The position numbers were made by a program, and so were the translations under genes. From Felis catus (lineage: Eukaryota), in assembly GCF_018350175.1 (NCBI RefSeq), contig NC_058368.1, forward strand, positions 107,944,001-108,008,000: 64,000 nucleotides of DNA, read 5' to 3'. Each line of letters begins with the position of its first letter. The stretch's first letter is position 1. The notes below the pieces were generated by a model, which was not told the origin of the DNA, made no database searches, and saw nothing but the letters and a program-made list of their open reading frames with translations. This document shows, one piece after another, positions 63,107 to 64,000 of this stretch.

Positions 63107-64000
63107 CATATAATCTGAAGAGAGAGTGAGATTCCTAAAATCCTTGCATTCCATGATAAACCAAGAATAATTGGCACACCCTGGTTTCCTTTACCAAAAC
63201 ACAGACACATCTTTTTTTTTAATCAAACCTGAGCTAAATGCCATCTAATTAGAGTTGTTGACTGTCATATACACTGAGTTATAACCATAGTTCTCTTAAC
63301 TTAGTGAGTCATTGCTTCTGAAAACTGGACTCACTTGCAAACAGTGCAAGGAAAAAACAAAAAATAAATAAATAAAAACAACCCTTTACTTATTGCTGAA
63401 ATATGTCTCCAAGGTTTTTATCTAATATACGTAGATGATATTCTTGCATGTAGGACTTCCTGCCCAAGACCTAATCGATGCTTATTGAACAGGAAACTAT
63501 GTCCATTCCCTAAAGAGAAATAACATGTGGCCGACTAAGTGGTAGGAATTTGAGATAAATTTATGACATAAATAAATGGTCATATATCATGGGGTAGTAC
63601 ATGCTGTGTAATCAGCAAAAATAATAGCACAGGAACACAAATCTTGTAATTCTTACTAAATAACTGACAGAAATACCATGTCATAACCAATACCTAAAGG
63701 GAGAAAGAAGTTCCCTAGTGCCAAAACTGGCACGTAGCCCCTGGAGAAGAGATGGAAGAAAGTGAACATGTCCAGCTGGCTGTGTGGACACCCTCCTCTG
63801 AGCCTCTGCAAGTTGGTCTGTGCGGTTTATCTCCCCAGTGTCCTGGGTCACGTAGGCTGGCCATCTAGGCTTGTATGCCTGCCTCCCTCGGGCTTACCCC
63901 TCCTACTTAGTCTCTCAGTTCTACTTCATCAGATGCAGCTACATTTCTCAGCTTCTTCCCTGAAGAGAAACAGAGATTAATTACAATTTCCTATCAGATC

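Noticed and set aside
62752..63210. 152-aa minus-strand ORF
   Set aside because: Lies mostly within the MER31-like solo LTR; no protein homology recognised.
1..64000. CRISPR arrays, operons, rRNA, snRNA or other recognisable RNA genes
   Set aside because: Sequence is mammalian; I saw no repeat-spacer arrays and recognised no RNA-gene sequence by eye.

Overview
Mammalian genomic DNA, almost certainly a felid (cat family), judged from about 40 tRNA-derived carnivore SINEs of the SINEC_Fc type and a felid-type L1 3' end. The window is repeat-dense and intergenic or intronic, and I recognise no intact host protein-coding gene. Nearly all ORFs in the track are artefacts of SINE, L1 or LTR sequence. 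Notable structure: (1) an ~0.7 kb inverted duplication (~39.5-40.2 kb vs ~48.8-49.5 kb) with a homogenised core, bracketing an ~8.5 kb segment; (2) a decayed class I ERV with readable gag, protease and env motifs but no pol (~28.1-30.1 kb); (3) a hAT/Tip100-type transposase fossil (~5.5-7.4 kb); (4) an internally deleted Tigger with both TIRs, nested in a MER4-group ERV (21.5-22.8 kb); (5) a clean class II solo LTR with a 6-bp TSD; (6) a CpG-retaining patch in an old L2; (7) scattered splice signals compatible with non-coding transcripts. Repeat family names come from recalled consensus features, not a database search. Boundaries are approximate unless a TSD is quoted.
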